Shown: positions 11,350 through 26,314 of the stretch, piece by piece
How the letters are laid out: each line of letters starts with the position of its first letter
Position numbering within the stretch: position 1 is the first letter of the stretch
NCBI GenBank assembly: GCA_020137815.1
Contig: WFME01000020.1
Coordinates: 1-27,199 of the forward strand
Length of the DNA: 27,199 bases
DNA from: Hormiphora californensis
Lineage: Eukaryota > Animalia > Ctenophora
Reading direction: 5' to 3'
Notes under the pieces: model-generated
Seen by the model: only the letters and a program-made list of their open reading frames with translations
Database searches by the model: none
Told to the model about the DNA's origin: nothing
Program-made: the position numbers and the translations under genes

Positions 11350-11562
11350 AAAAAGCTCTATATAAGCACTGTCTGCAAAACGTACTGTCTGCTAAGTTTG
11401 TGGCTGCTGTCTACCTTACTGGAGACTTTTCCTGCTGCAGACAATAGCATTAAAAGTTATAATTGATCAGTTCCCGATTTACTACCAGCTGATCGATGAT
11501 CTGCTCCGGGATACTGATCGGGAGAAAACTGGAAGAAGTAGCACGGGGTGAATCATTTTTTA

Positions 11563-12097
11563 GTTCAGGGCTCAGTTTCAGTGTAGATCAATGTTCAGGG
11601 CTCAGTTTCAGTGTAAATTACATGTTCAGGGCTCAGTGCAAGTGTAAATCAATGTTCAGGGCTCAGTTTCAGTGTAAATTACATGTTCAGGGCTCAGTTT
11701 CAGTGTAAATTACATGTTCAGGGCTCAGTTTCAGTGTAAATCAATGTTCAGGGCTCAGTTTCAGTGTAAATCATTGTTCAGGGCTCAGTTTCAGTGTAAA
11801 TCAATGTTCAGGGCTCAGTTTCAGTGTAAATCAATGTTCAGGGCTCAGTTTCAGTGTAGATCAATGTTCAGGGCTCATTTTCAGTGTAAATTACATGTTC
11901 AGGGCTCAGTTTCAGTGTAGATCAATGTTCAGGGCTCAGTCTCAGTGTAAATCAATGTTCAGGGCTCAGTTTCAGTGTAAATTACATGTTCAGGGCTCAG
12001 TTTCAGTGTAGATCAATGTTCAGGGCTCAGTTTCAGTGTAGATCAATGTTCAGGGCTCAGTTTCAGTGTAAATAAATGTTCAGGGCTCAGTGTAAAT
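11563..12097. repeat. Tandem minisatellite, ~18 copies of a 30/31-bp unit TGTTCAGGGCTCAGTTTCAGTGTA(AATCAA/GATCAA/AATTACA)
   Basis: Contiguous head-to-tail units with three recurring variants. Confidence 0.97.
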
Positions 12098-12102
12098 TTC
12101 AA

Positions 12103-12318
12103 TTATATTCGGGAACTGGCAACATAGTTATTTGAACTCTCCCCTGCTCCACCACCAGCTGCAGTAGCACTGGTAGACTTGGTAGCATTCCCTGATACCA
12201 CAGTGATATGATGATCTGCTGTCACCACTCTCCTCAACCTTCCAAAGTACTGCTCCTTCATAAATCTCCTCAACTCTGTCATTCTCACCAGATATATCAC
12301 GGGATTAGCGGCGCTGTT
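12103..12318 (-). CDS. 3' fragment or last exon of a rhodopsin-family (class A) GPCR: end of TM7, helix 8 and tail
   Basis: The frame reads NSAANPVIYLVRMTELRRFMKEQYFGRLRR...SSRI*. NSxxNPxxY is the class A TM7 signature. It is preceded by TTTCTATAG, a possible acceptor that is also the edge of a repeat. TM1-6 were not found in the window. Confidence 0.7.
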   Translation of the reverse strand, partial: NSAANPVIYLVRMTELRRFMKEQYFGRLRRVVTADHHITVVSGNATKSTSATAAGGGAGESSNNYVASSRI

Positions 12319-12493
12319 CTATAGAAATAGACTGTCGAGCAACTGTGCACCTGCCCAATATCCCGGTTGGCTCCTATTGACGGAGTGTCAATATCGACGG
12401 AGCGCTTACACCTCAAAATACTCTAAAAATTCACACACAGACAGTTCTCACACACTACGGACAAACAGACTAATACAGTATATTTTTAATAGA
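12317..12493. mobile_element. Possible small non-autonomous element
   Basis: Imperfect terminal inverted repeats TTCTATAGAAATAGACTG / CAGTATATTTTTAATAGAA; no TSD seen. Confidence 0.35.
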
Positions 12494-12938
12494 ATAAACA
12501 AAATCTAATATGGCTACTATTAGATAATATATTGATTATTTCCCCCTCCCTAGCCAACCCCCCAAAATTCTTGTTTGTAAATGTCTTGTAATCAATTATG
12601 TGATTAGATTCGCGTCTCCGTATGTGTGCAAAAACTTTGTTAAAAATTAATACTAGTGGATATGCCAATGATTTGTGACATTTTTTCAAAACTATACCGT
12701 CTATATTATCTGGGCCAGTGGCCTTGGATGCATCTAATTTTCTTAATATATCTACAACTTCATCAAAGTGAAAAGTTTCGTTGTTAAAATCATTATCGTG
12801 GTTTCTATCAAAATCAATTGGTGTGCTATACGTACTGGCTTGTGTGAACTGTTTACAAAAAAAATCATTAAACATTTTGCATTTTTGTTGACTACTTTTT
12901 TCAGAGTTATCCTCGTAATGAACTATATCAGGGACTCT

Positions 12939-15499
<2,561 letters not shown>

Positions 15500-15879
15500 C
15501 TAGTGCTGCTAGTTTTTGATTTCACATGTTTAAAAAACTTTTTGGAAATTGCAGCTGTAGAGGCAGACTCATCAATGGAGAGAGTTCTAGAAAAGATGGT
15601 GGTTCTTTCTCCTAAGCACGATTTGCGTACTCTGCCTCATACATAGTAACTACCGTGTGATCAAGATCTTGTCGGTTTACGAGTCGGGAGACCTGGCAAG
15701 AAAAAACTTGGCATTGCGGTGAGAGACATTTGAGGAGATCGAAGTGGTTTACTTTGGATCGTCATACAGTCTACAGGAAAAGAAAAACCCCGGGGTTACG
15801 GGGGGAAAAAACGAAAAAAGAAAAAAAAAGGGTGAGGTAAAATAGTCATTTTATTCAGGGTCAAAACATTTTCAGGGTT

Positions 15880-15979
15880 NNNNNNNNNNNNNNNNNNNNN
15901 NNNNNNNNNNNNNNNNNNNNNNNNNNNNNNNNNNNNNNNNNNNNNNNNNNNNNNNNNNNNNNNNNNNNNNNNNNNNNNN
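15880..15979. other. Assembly gap (100 N)
   Basis: Run of N. Confidence 1.
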
Positions 15980-16035
15980 ATAAAAGATCAAAGCAGCTAT
16001 ATATTAAAACAACTCAGGGTAATATACATCATGAA

Positions 16036-16486
16036 CTAATCCAGCTTAACTACGGAACTACCTGAAAAACCTCCGTGGTACGTTCTAACACATATGTGGG
16101 CCAACTTCCCTAGTTCCCTATATCCACATGATTTGGCCAAGGCCATAGCCGCAGCATATGAACTCAGGGTACGCCCCTACTATAATAGTAGTACTAGGCA
16201 ATCATCGTGGTAAGCTGTTTCTAACACTCTTCCAATCAATCATTACAGAGCAATTCTTACAAAAAAGTTTGGGTACTTTTGTGTTTGGCCCGTGTGCGAC
16301 AGCACTCGTGCTGCGCGGGTAAGTTCGGGTAAGTTAACCCTCATATCACGCATCTTTTGATACAAAGTACTCGAGTACTTGTGGTTAACATACCCGGGTT
16401 CTTTTTTTGTAAGTTGGTCTCTGCAAAACACACAGCTTTTAAGCAAAGACAATTGGTGTAAAGGGGCGATTTCTTTTTTCCTTCTC
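16036..16486 (-). pseudogene. Zinc-finger coding fragment resembling the Chapa / RAG1 N-terminal (or ZAD-like) domain; frameshifted and running toward the gap
   Basis: After an AG acceptor the frame reads RRKKEIAPLHQLSLLKSCVFCRDQL...TQKYPNFF. Adding one base to the A6 run at 16261-16266 continues it as CKNCSVMIDWK, giving H-x7-C-x2-C-x50-P-x3-C-x2-C. A downstream frame reads LSSYAAAMALAKSCGYRELGKLAH. A phase-compatible upstream exon may lie at 16667-16612. Confidence 0.45.
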
Positions 16487-16724
16487 CTGTATTATAATGC
16501 ACCTCTGATCTCTCTCTCCCTCTCTCTCTCTATCCTGCTTTCTCTCTATAATATCTCTATCTCCCTCTCTTTTCCTCTTTCGCTCCTTATTTTGCTCTCC
16601 TTTTTACATACATCATGGCAGGAAGTGGCCAATTTTCATGGCTCAATGGGGACAATGGTATTGACATGAACAGCTACTACTACTAGTACTTCTACTTCTA
16701 GTACAATTCTAGTAGTAGTAGTAC

Positions 16725-19570
<2,846 letters not shown>

Positions 19571-19732
19571 ACAGCTAGCGATAGTAAACACGATGCACCG
19601 CCATCACGCCATGGTTCCTAAAGAAGTCCATGGAGAGTTGAGAGTTGCAAGCTAAATATAGTAAATATATACACCTGCACAATGTACAAGCGGGTACTCC
19701 CAGTGGTAGAACCAGTGGTAGAACAGAGTTAC

Positions 19733-20365
19733 TTGGTAACATAGACACCTGGCGCGACCCCCGCACACAGGTGTCGGCTCCGCCCCCTAAAAAAGGGTCG
19801 TGTCTTTCAAGGCTTTTTGCACGCGATCCACTGGACCGATTTACATCCCGCAAAAGACTGCAAATTGGTCCTAGTTTACTGGAAAATACCCGAGAAGTTT
19901 GTCTGTCAACAGGAAGTGGGTCAAAATTGACACTGAAGTCAAATCTATAATCTGGCTTCCGAGCCTTTTTGCACCACTCCCAGACGGTTTAGAATGAATC
20001 TGAGGGTATCAGAAGATAGGTTGAGACCTTGTAAGTACTGGAAAATACCCGGCATCAAATTCTGATGCATCAGAATTTGATGCCGGGTGCATCAACATAT
20101 CTCCCAATATCTTCAAAACCGCATGGGGGTAGTGCAGAAACTCTCGGAAGCCAGATTATAGGTTTGACTTCAGTGTCAATTTTGACCCAATTCCTGTTGA
20201 CAGACAAACTTCTCGGGTATTTTCCAGTATATTATGGTCAATTTGTAGTCTTTTGCGACAAACCGGATGCAAATCGGTCCAGTGGATCGCGTGCAACATC
20301 CCTTGAAAGAAACGACCCTTTTTGGGGCGGAGCCGTCACCTGTGTGCGGGGGGGTATGTCACCAA
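19733..20365. mobile_element. 633-bp foldback element with TTGG...CCAA ends and a 9-bp TSD
   Basis: TSD CAGAGTTAC at 19724-19732 and 20366-20374; long imperfect inverted arms; a perfect 42-bp central palindrome at 20047-20088. Confidence 0.92.
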
Positions 20366-20441
20366 CAGAGTTACAAGGATACTTAATTGCTACCGGAGAT
20401 TCTTTATTAATTCTAGTACTTTTCGAGAACCATGTCTTATA

Positions 20442-21119
20442 TAGTACATAACGTTCTGCACGCAGTGCAAGCGCGCCATATACGCTCTGCACTGCAGAGC
20501 GTATATGGAGGTGAAATGCACGACAGCGGAGCTGGAGTGCATTTCACATCTATATTGCACGAGTGAAACGAGTGCGATATAGGAACGCTTGCACAAGCTG
20601 TGCAGGACGTTATTGAGTATATATTCCGCGAGAAAACACATTACAAGCAAAACAATCTTAATTTTGGGTGATTACACACACAGAGATGTGACAAAACAAG
20701 GTACAAACTAAGCAAAAACACACTCAAAAATACTAACAGACACTACTGCAACTCTTACACACAAGGGAAACAAGTTTTGACACTCTTTAACAATGGAATG
20801 AAGAGAGAGATAAAGAGAGAGATGCGAGAGAGGGAGATTGGAATTCTTGGAAATAGGAAACAACAAAACGTGATAAGGGGATAATTAGTGAGAGAAAGAG
20901 GGAGAGTGAGTGTAAGTTGACAGACTTTGTGTCGTGTAGTACCTTGTCAGTCATATTCTGTGTGTTTGTGTGTGAAAAAGGTGTAGAAACACTTTTCTCA
21001 CTTATATCCCGCTCCCTCTATATCTGCACGCTCCCGCGGAAGCACAGTGCATATTTCAGCGTGCAAATGGTCGCGCACAGCGGGAGTGATATGTGCACTC
21101 GCGGTATATATATGTACTA
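20442..21119. mobile_element. Multi-hairpin non-autonomous element (Crypton-like candidate)
   Basis: 9-bp inverted ends TAGTACATA/TATGTACTA with no TSD, a four-way cloverleaf at 20448-20613, and a CA/GA/GT-rich middle. Confidence 0.55.
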
Positions 21120-21690
21120 AAACAGAATAGATTTAAGTGAAGATTTTGGGGCCAACAACTATAATTATTGTAACCTAAGGTGATAGTTGACAGCCGGGAA
21201 TTTTGGAGGATGCAATTGAAATGCAGGTAACTGTTACCTGGTAACACAACCAGGAATACAGCGGTTTTCGCTTTAATATGAATAAGTTTCAGTTTTTACT
21301 GTCCAAGCTTGGTCAAATTTTTTGATCAGTCTGCGTGACTTGATCAAGATCTTGACCATGGTCATATAAGATCATAATTCAGTTTGGTCAGTCTGTGTGC
21401 GACCTTGTATACTTGAAACTTAATAATATATTGACTCTTATTTGAACCATGCACAGGATCCTGCATTGGAAGCTCGAAAGATATGCTTTCTATTTTGTTC
21501 AACTGAATCCCTTGGCCGCTACATGCAGAGTGAGGATAAACGCCGATATCGCCAGGACGCCGTACTAGTTATAGAGTGCATAGACTAACTTATCAAACTC
21601 TCCCAAATGATAGACAGTATAGTGAGCTGAGAGCTCTGTAAAATGCCACACCATATCCCATTTCTATCAGCGAAATTCATTTCTATCGAA

Positions 21691-21770
21691 GGGGGACCGC
21701 ATACAGCACCGGTGCGAACTCCAGTAACGTCGCACCACATACTGTCGTGGTACACTGTATGTGGTCCCCC
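21691..21770. mobile_element. 80-bp MITE-like inverted repeat
   Basis: GGGGGACCGCATACAG / CTGTATGTGGTCCCCC. Confidence 0.6.
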
Positions 21771-21920
21771 ATAGGTGTCTACCCCCACTAATACGAGGAC
21801 GCTACACACTTTAGTGCCCTCATCTTTATCTCTACTCTAATTCTAAAATTATTTACAATATTGGGCTCAGCCTGAAATTACAGGTGGCACGGCACACCCG
21901 GAAATGACCATAGAGGACCC

Positions 21921-22470
21921 TTGGTCACATTGATACCTGAGTGAGATCGAGGTCGCGCAGCGACCGAGATCGATCTCACATACAGGTCTCCGGCCTGTTA
22001 TTGATTTTAGAGCAAACTTTTTCAAAGACCTGGCTGCAAGGAACTACTGAACCGATTTGCATCTCGTTTGTTGCTCCTGGCAGATACTTGTCTCTAGTTT
22101 TACGGAAAATACCCGCGAGTATCAGCATTTGAGGAATAGTGGGTCAAAATTGACCCTAAACATGAGCAATTCTTTAAAGACCTGGCTGCAAGCTCCTACC
22201 CGGTCCTGGGACAATTTGCGGGTACTGGGGGAATCGTCATGGCCTTGTGAGTATGGGAAAATACCCGCCGATTCATCACGATGCGAAATGCGGCCATAAT
22301 TGACCTTTGAGTAGTGCTAGGTCAGCTAAAAAGGTCTCCAAAAACGGTCTATCACGCGCGATCTGCTGAAAACGTGCTTTATATCGCGCGCACGTGAGTT
22401 CTTGCTCTCAACGGACCGGGATCCTATTATTCGCGGAGCGAGAATACTGAATAGGATGCGATGGATCCAA
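21921..22470. mobile_element. 550-bp element with TTGG...CCAA ends and a 9-bp TSD
   Basis: TSD AGAGGACCC at 21912-21920 and 22471-22479; ends TTGGTCACAT / ATGGATCCAA. It shares GGAAAATACCCG, AGTGGGTCAAAATTGAC and ACCGATTTRCATC with 19733-20365 and has subterminal hairpins at both ends. Confidence 0.88.
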
Positions 22471-22482
22471 AGAGGACCCTTT

Positions 22483-22759
22483 GGGTCACCACACACCAAA
22501 GTTAAAATTAAAATTAAAATTTTGATTTTAAACCCGCACACACCAGCGGCTGTTAAAATTTCTCTCCCCCATTCTAAAATTAACAATCTCGCGCGCGATT
22601 TTAACGGCGTGTTAAAATTTTGTCATCCAACGCGACCGTCAAAATCGTGTGTGAGATTGTTACTTTTAGAATGGGGAGAGAAATTTTAACGGCCGCTGGT
22701 GTGTGCGGGTTTAAAATCAAAATTTTAATTTTAATTTTAACTTTGGTGTGTGGTGACCC
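22483..22759. mobile_element. 277-bp palindromic MITE, PIF/Harbinger (Tourist)-like
   Basis: Long TIRs beginning GGGTCACCACACACCAAAG; flanks TTT / TTA resemble a TWA TSD with one mismatch. Confidence 0.85.
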
Positions 22760-23026
22760 TTAGGGAAACGTTGGTGAAGCTGAAGGAATTTCGCTGTTTC
22801 AAATTGTTTTCCCCAGTCAGGGCGAAAATTGACGTCCATATTCTAACATAGCAAAGCTTAAATTTTAGCCAATTAGGTCCAATTACCCACCAATTTGGCA
22901 CAACTGAGCCACTATTATGATTTGAAGATGATAAGAATAATCTTTACGAATTGTCCAGAGCTTGTTAAGCAGTTGTCTGTGTGTGATTTGAACCAGGTCT
23001 GCTGCTCAGATCACTTTGGATTGAAG

Positions 23027-23135
23027 CAGGAACCGACCGAATCAGGAAATACTGGTCCCTAATTGGCTGATAACCAGTCACGTGACCTAAATAACGAGTT
23101 CTGATTGGTTGTTTACTTGTTTCGGTCGGTTCCTG
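23027..23135. mobile_element. 109-bp hAT-type MITE, copy 2, inserted in the LINE
   Basis: 15-bp TIRs and a perfect 8-bp TSD GATTGAAG (23019-23026, 23136-23143). Confidence 0.95.
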
Positions 23136-23551
23136 GATTGAAGTTTAGAATTAACCTTACATTTGATTGGAGTAGCAGATCACCCAGATACCGGTATGAT
23201 TTTAGAAATTTTAATTTTCTTAGTCTGAATGTTGCTTTTGCAAGAGTGAATTGGGATTTAATTATTGACGATAATGTTAATAACTCTTGGAAGAGAGTGA
23301 AGAGTGTAATATTCGAGCTTTGTGATGAGTATATTCCCAAGAAACGGGTTAAAGACCCCTTTATCCCCTCTTGGCATAGTGATAGAGATGTCTTGAGAGC
23401 CAGGAACAGGAAGGAGACTCTTAGATCTCGTTTTAAGAGTCGTCCCTCCCCTGAATCCAAAGCAGCCTATTATCTAGCTAGGAAGGCTCTCAAGACAGTC
23501 ATCTCAGCTATTAGCTAAGTTGAATAATCATTTTAATGTTGACGACTCTGG

Positions 23552-23992
23552 GGCGGGAGACACACTGAAGTTGGGCGCGCTCGTTCAAATCTCAACCTCG
23601 CGACACACACTGAAGTTCGAAGTTCGAAGTTTCGCGAAAACCCATTTTCGGCTGAGAAATCATTTGTAAGAGGCTAACTTATTTACTAGTACATCTCTCG
23701 AGGTGTCCTTTATCCATACTGAGTCAATTTCACCGTTTTTGAATTTTTTGGCTAATTCGGTCAAATTTGTCCCAATTCACCAAAACTTTTAAAAACGGTG
23801 GAATTGACTCAGTATGGATAAAGGACACCTCGAGAGATGTACCAGTAAATAAGTTAGCATCTTACAAATGATTTCTCAGCCGAAAATGGGTTTTCGCGAA
23901 ACTTCTAACTTTTCCGCGAAACTTCGAACTTCAGTGTGTGTCGCGAGCTTGAGATTTGAACGAGCGCGCTCAACTTCAGTGTGTATCCCCCC
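23552..23992. mobile_element. ~440-bp palindromic MITE inserted in the LINE
   Basis: Arms of ~190 bp begin GG(C/G)GGGAGACACACTGAAGTTG. The LINE frame rejoins across it (FNVDDS|SVTKRFW). The TSD may be TAG/TGG. Confidence 0.9.
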
Positions 23993-24172
23993 TAGTGTTA
24001 CGAAGAGGTTCTGGACCCATATAATATTAAGTTGTCCAGCAAATCTCTTCGTATCCCGGAGTCTGTGTGTAGCAACGGTGTTTTCAGATCTGAGTCGAGC
24101 GAGAAAGCAAATTTGTTCAATCGTCACTTTGCCTCACAATTCACCTCTCCCAGTCATTATGGTATTACACGG

Positions 24173-24343
24173 CGTCATACACATTTCTATTTGGAATTTC
24201 TATCTGGAGTTTCTATTTGGAATTTCTATCTGGAAGAACCGCACGTGCAGATGCGCCGCGCCGCGGCTCAAATTCACGTGCGTGTTATACAGATTCTGAC
24301 AGAAAATACGAGCAATAAATTCCAGTTGGAAATGTGTATGACG
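24173..24343. mobile_element. ~170-bp MITE-like insertion in the LINE
   Basis: Inverted ends CGTCATACACATTTC / GAAATGTGTATGACG and an internal 14-bp tandem repeat TTTCTATYTGGAAT. Confidence 0.7.
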
Positions 24344-24733
24344 AACTACTGATTATTGATAATAGTGTGTCAGAGCAAGATATATTTTTCTCCCTCAATG
24401 AAGTGTTTGTTACCTTAATAGCATCGACAGATAGTTCTAAGGCCTGTGGGGATGACGGGATATCTGGCAGGGTTCTCAAACATCGTGCCGGATCTCTGTC
24501 ATACCCTCTGTGGCTTCTTTTTAACCTCTCTATGAGAAGTGGTGTTATAGCAGACGATTGGAAACTAGCTTCCATTGTACCAGTTTTTAAGAAGGGAGAT
24601 CGTAGGGAGGTGGCCAATTACAGACCTATCTCGCTTCTGTCTCTCGTTTCAAAGACTCCGGAAAGATTGGTTAAGCCTAGAATCCTAGATATTTGTTCCC
24701 CTCAACTTGATTCACGTCAACACGGTTTTCTGA

Positions 24734-24876
24734 GGGGGGAGACACACTGAAGTTGGGCGCGCTCGTTCAAATCTCAACCTCGCGACACACACTGAAGTTC
24801 GGAACGTTTGAGGACACATTACGGACACATTGTGGACACATTGAGGACAGGTTGTGGACAGAGTGAGGACAGGTTG
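24734..24876. mobile_element. Truncated left end of the 23552 MITE family followed by an 11-bp tandem repeat (TTGWGGACACA/AGG)
   Basis: 24734-24800 matches 23552-23619 almost exactly; about six 11-bp units follow. Confidence 0.85.
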
Positions 24877-24878
24877 AA

Positions 24879-25140
24879 AACTGGCAAAACATCTGAACTC
24901 TCACCGTCTAAAACAACCTTCTGAGATCTATTGCTTAAATAACTCTTGATAAAACTCAGTAGCTGCCCATCAATACCAAATTGGTATTTGAGCTTGTACA
25001 AAATAAGATCATGATTACAAGAATCAAAGGCACGTGAAAAATCGAAGTACACAATGTCTACCCTTTCCTTCTCATCAAAAGCCTCTACTAATTAACTGTG
25101 TGTAATTGCCAAACGGGATGAGTTGAGTTGTGCATGACGT
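24879..25140 (-). mobile_element. CR1-group LINE RT fragment (regions 2a-4), inverted
   Basis: TSCTTQLIPF...LVEAFDEKERVDIVYFDFSRAFDSCNHDLILYKLKYQFGIDGQLLSFIKSYLSNRSQKVVLDGESSDVLPV. Confidence 0.93.
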
Positions 25141-25378
25141 TTCGAACCGTCTAATTAGAGACAGGACATGTGATAAGATGCACTGATTCGAAAAACGATT
25201 CGGACGTACCTTAGACAATTTTTCATAACTTTTTTTGAATTTTTTTGAATTATTTTTTTCTCATCAGAAATGATCATATATGATCAATACATTGCATTTA
25301 ACACTTAGAGGTGTTTTAGTATAGCATTTATAAGGACAAAAAATGGGGGTTTATGGGCCAAATGCCCAAATATGCTCT

Positions 25379-25457
25379 ACCCCGATTTAACGGACACACC
25401 GATTTAACGGACAAAACCCTTTCCCCCGAGGGTGCCGTTAAATCGGGGTCCGACTAT
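25379..25457. mobile_element. Tc1/pogo-type MITE remnant related to 7172-7277
   Basis: ACCCCGATTTAACGG ... CCGTTAAATCGGGGTCCGACTA. Confidence 0.7.
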
Positions 25458-25915
25458 AGATATAGTTAGATAGCAAGCGATTGACACTAAATAGTAAATT
25501 TGTCCATACAGGCCGAACAGAACCTCAATTATTGAACCTCAAAAACAGAGGGTTGCTGGTTCTGATACACTTGGGGCACAGTTATCCAACCCAAAACTTT
25601 CCTACTTCCGAGTTGCATCACATATGTAAACCTCAGAAAACTAGAAAAGTATACTTTTAATTTTGACCCTCGGACCACCCCCCCCCCCCCTCTTGCAGGT
25701 ATTGGCTGTTTGTATACAAGTTATATATAACTGCAGTGGACACTGCGTACATTGCTGCGCGCGTTTCTGCCAAACATGAAGAGTTACACTTACAATTGTA
25801 TTTGTTAAGCGTCAGCTGTTGCCGCGCGTTACACACATGTGTCAGCTGCAGACTGCAGTACATTTACAGTATATGATTATGATTAGGTGACTGCTTAAAA
25901 TGGTCTATTATATGC

Positions 25916-26238
25916 AATTAGATGACTGCTTAAAATGGTATATTGCTATTTAGTGCACGAGGCCGAAGACCGAGTGCTCTAAATACAACAATAATAAACC
26001 GAGACCGATAGGTCGAGGTAGATTCTTTTACTTAGCTGCCGAGCCTGCGAGGCACGCTAAGTGTAACTACTGAGCGAGCCTGCGAGCTCTGTAGTTGTAC
26101 TTTTGGGCCGAGCCTGCGAGGCCTAAAAGTGAAAGAATCTTTAACATTATTGTTGTGTAATAGAGCATGCAAAAGCAGTCATCTAATTTTATTGGATTAT
26201 TGATTTTGGAAACAAACTGAGTGAACGAGATAAAGATT

Positions 26239-26314
<76 letters not shown>

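Larger units (their letters stand above)
22937..24732 (+). mobile_element. CR1-group LINE ORF2 relic (end of APE endonuclease, linker, RT regions 0-2), interrupted by three MITEs
   Basis: IFTNCPELV...CSDHFG (APE SDH motif), YDFRNFNF...VNWD...DEYIPKK...PSW, KRFWTHI, EKANLFNRHFASQF, SKACGDDGISGRVLK, DWKLASIVPVFKKGDRREVANYRPISLLSLVSK...QHGFL. Confidence 0.95.

Noticed and set aside
11563-12097. CRISPR-like array, or coding repeat MFRAQFQCKS
   Set aside because: Units are contiguous with no unique spacers or cas genes, the context is eukaryotic, and 31-bp variants break the frame.
21585-21809. 74-aa - strand ORF
   Set aside because: It runs through an 80-bp MITE-like inverted repeat and shows no protein motif.
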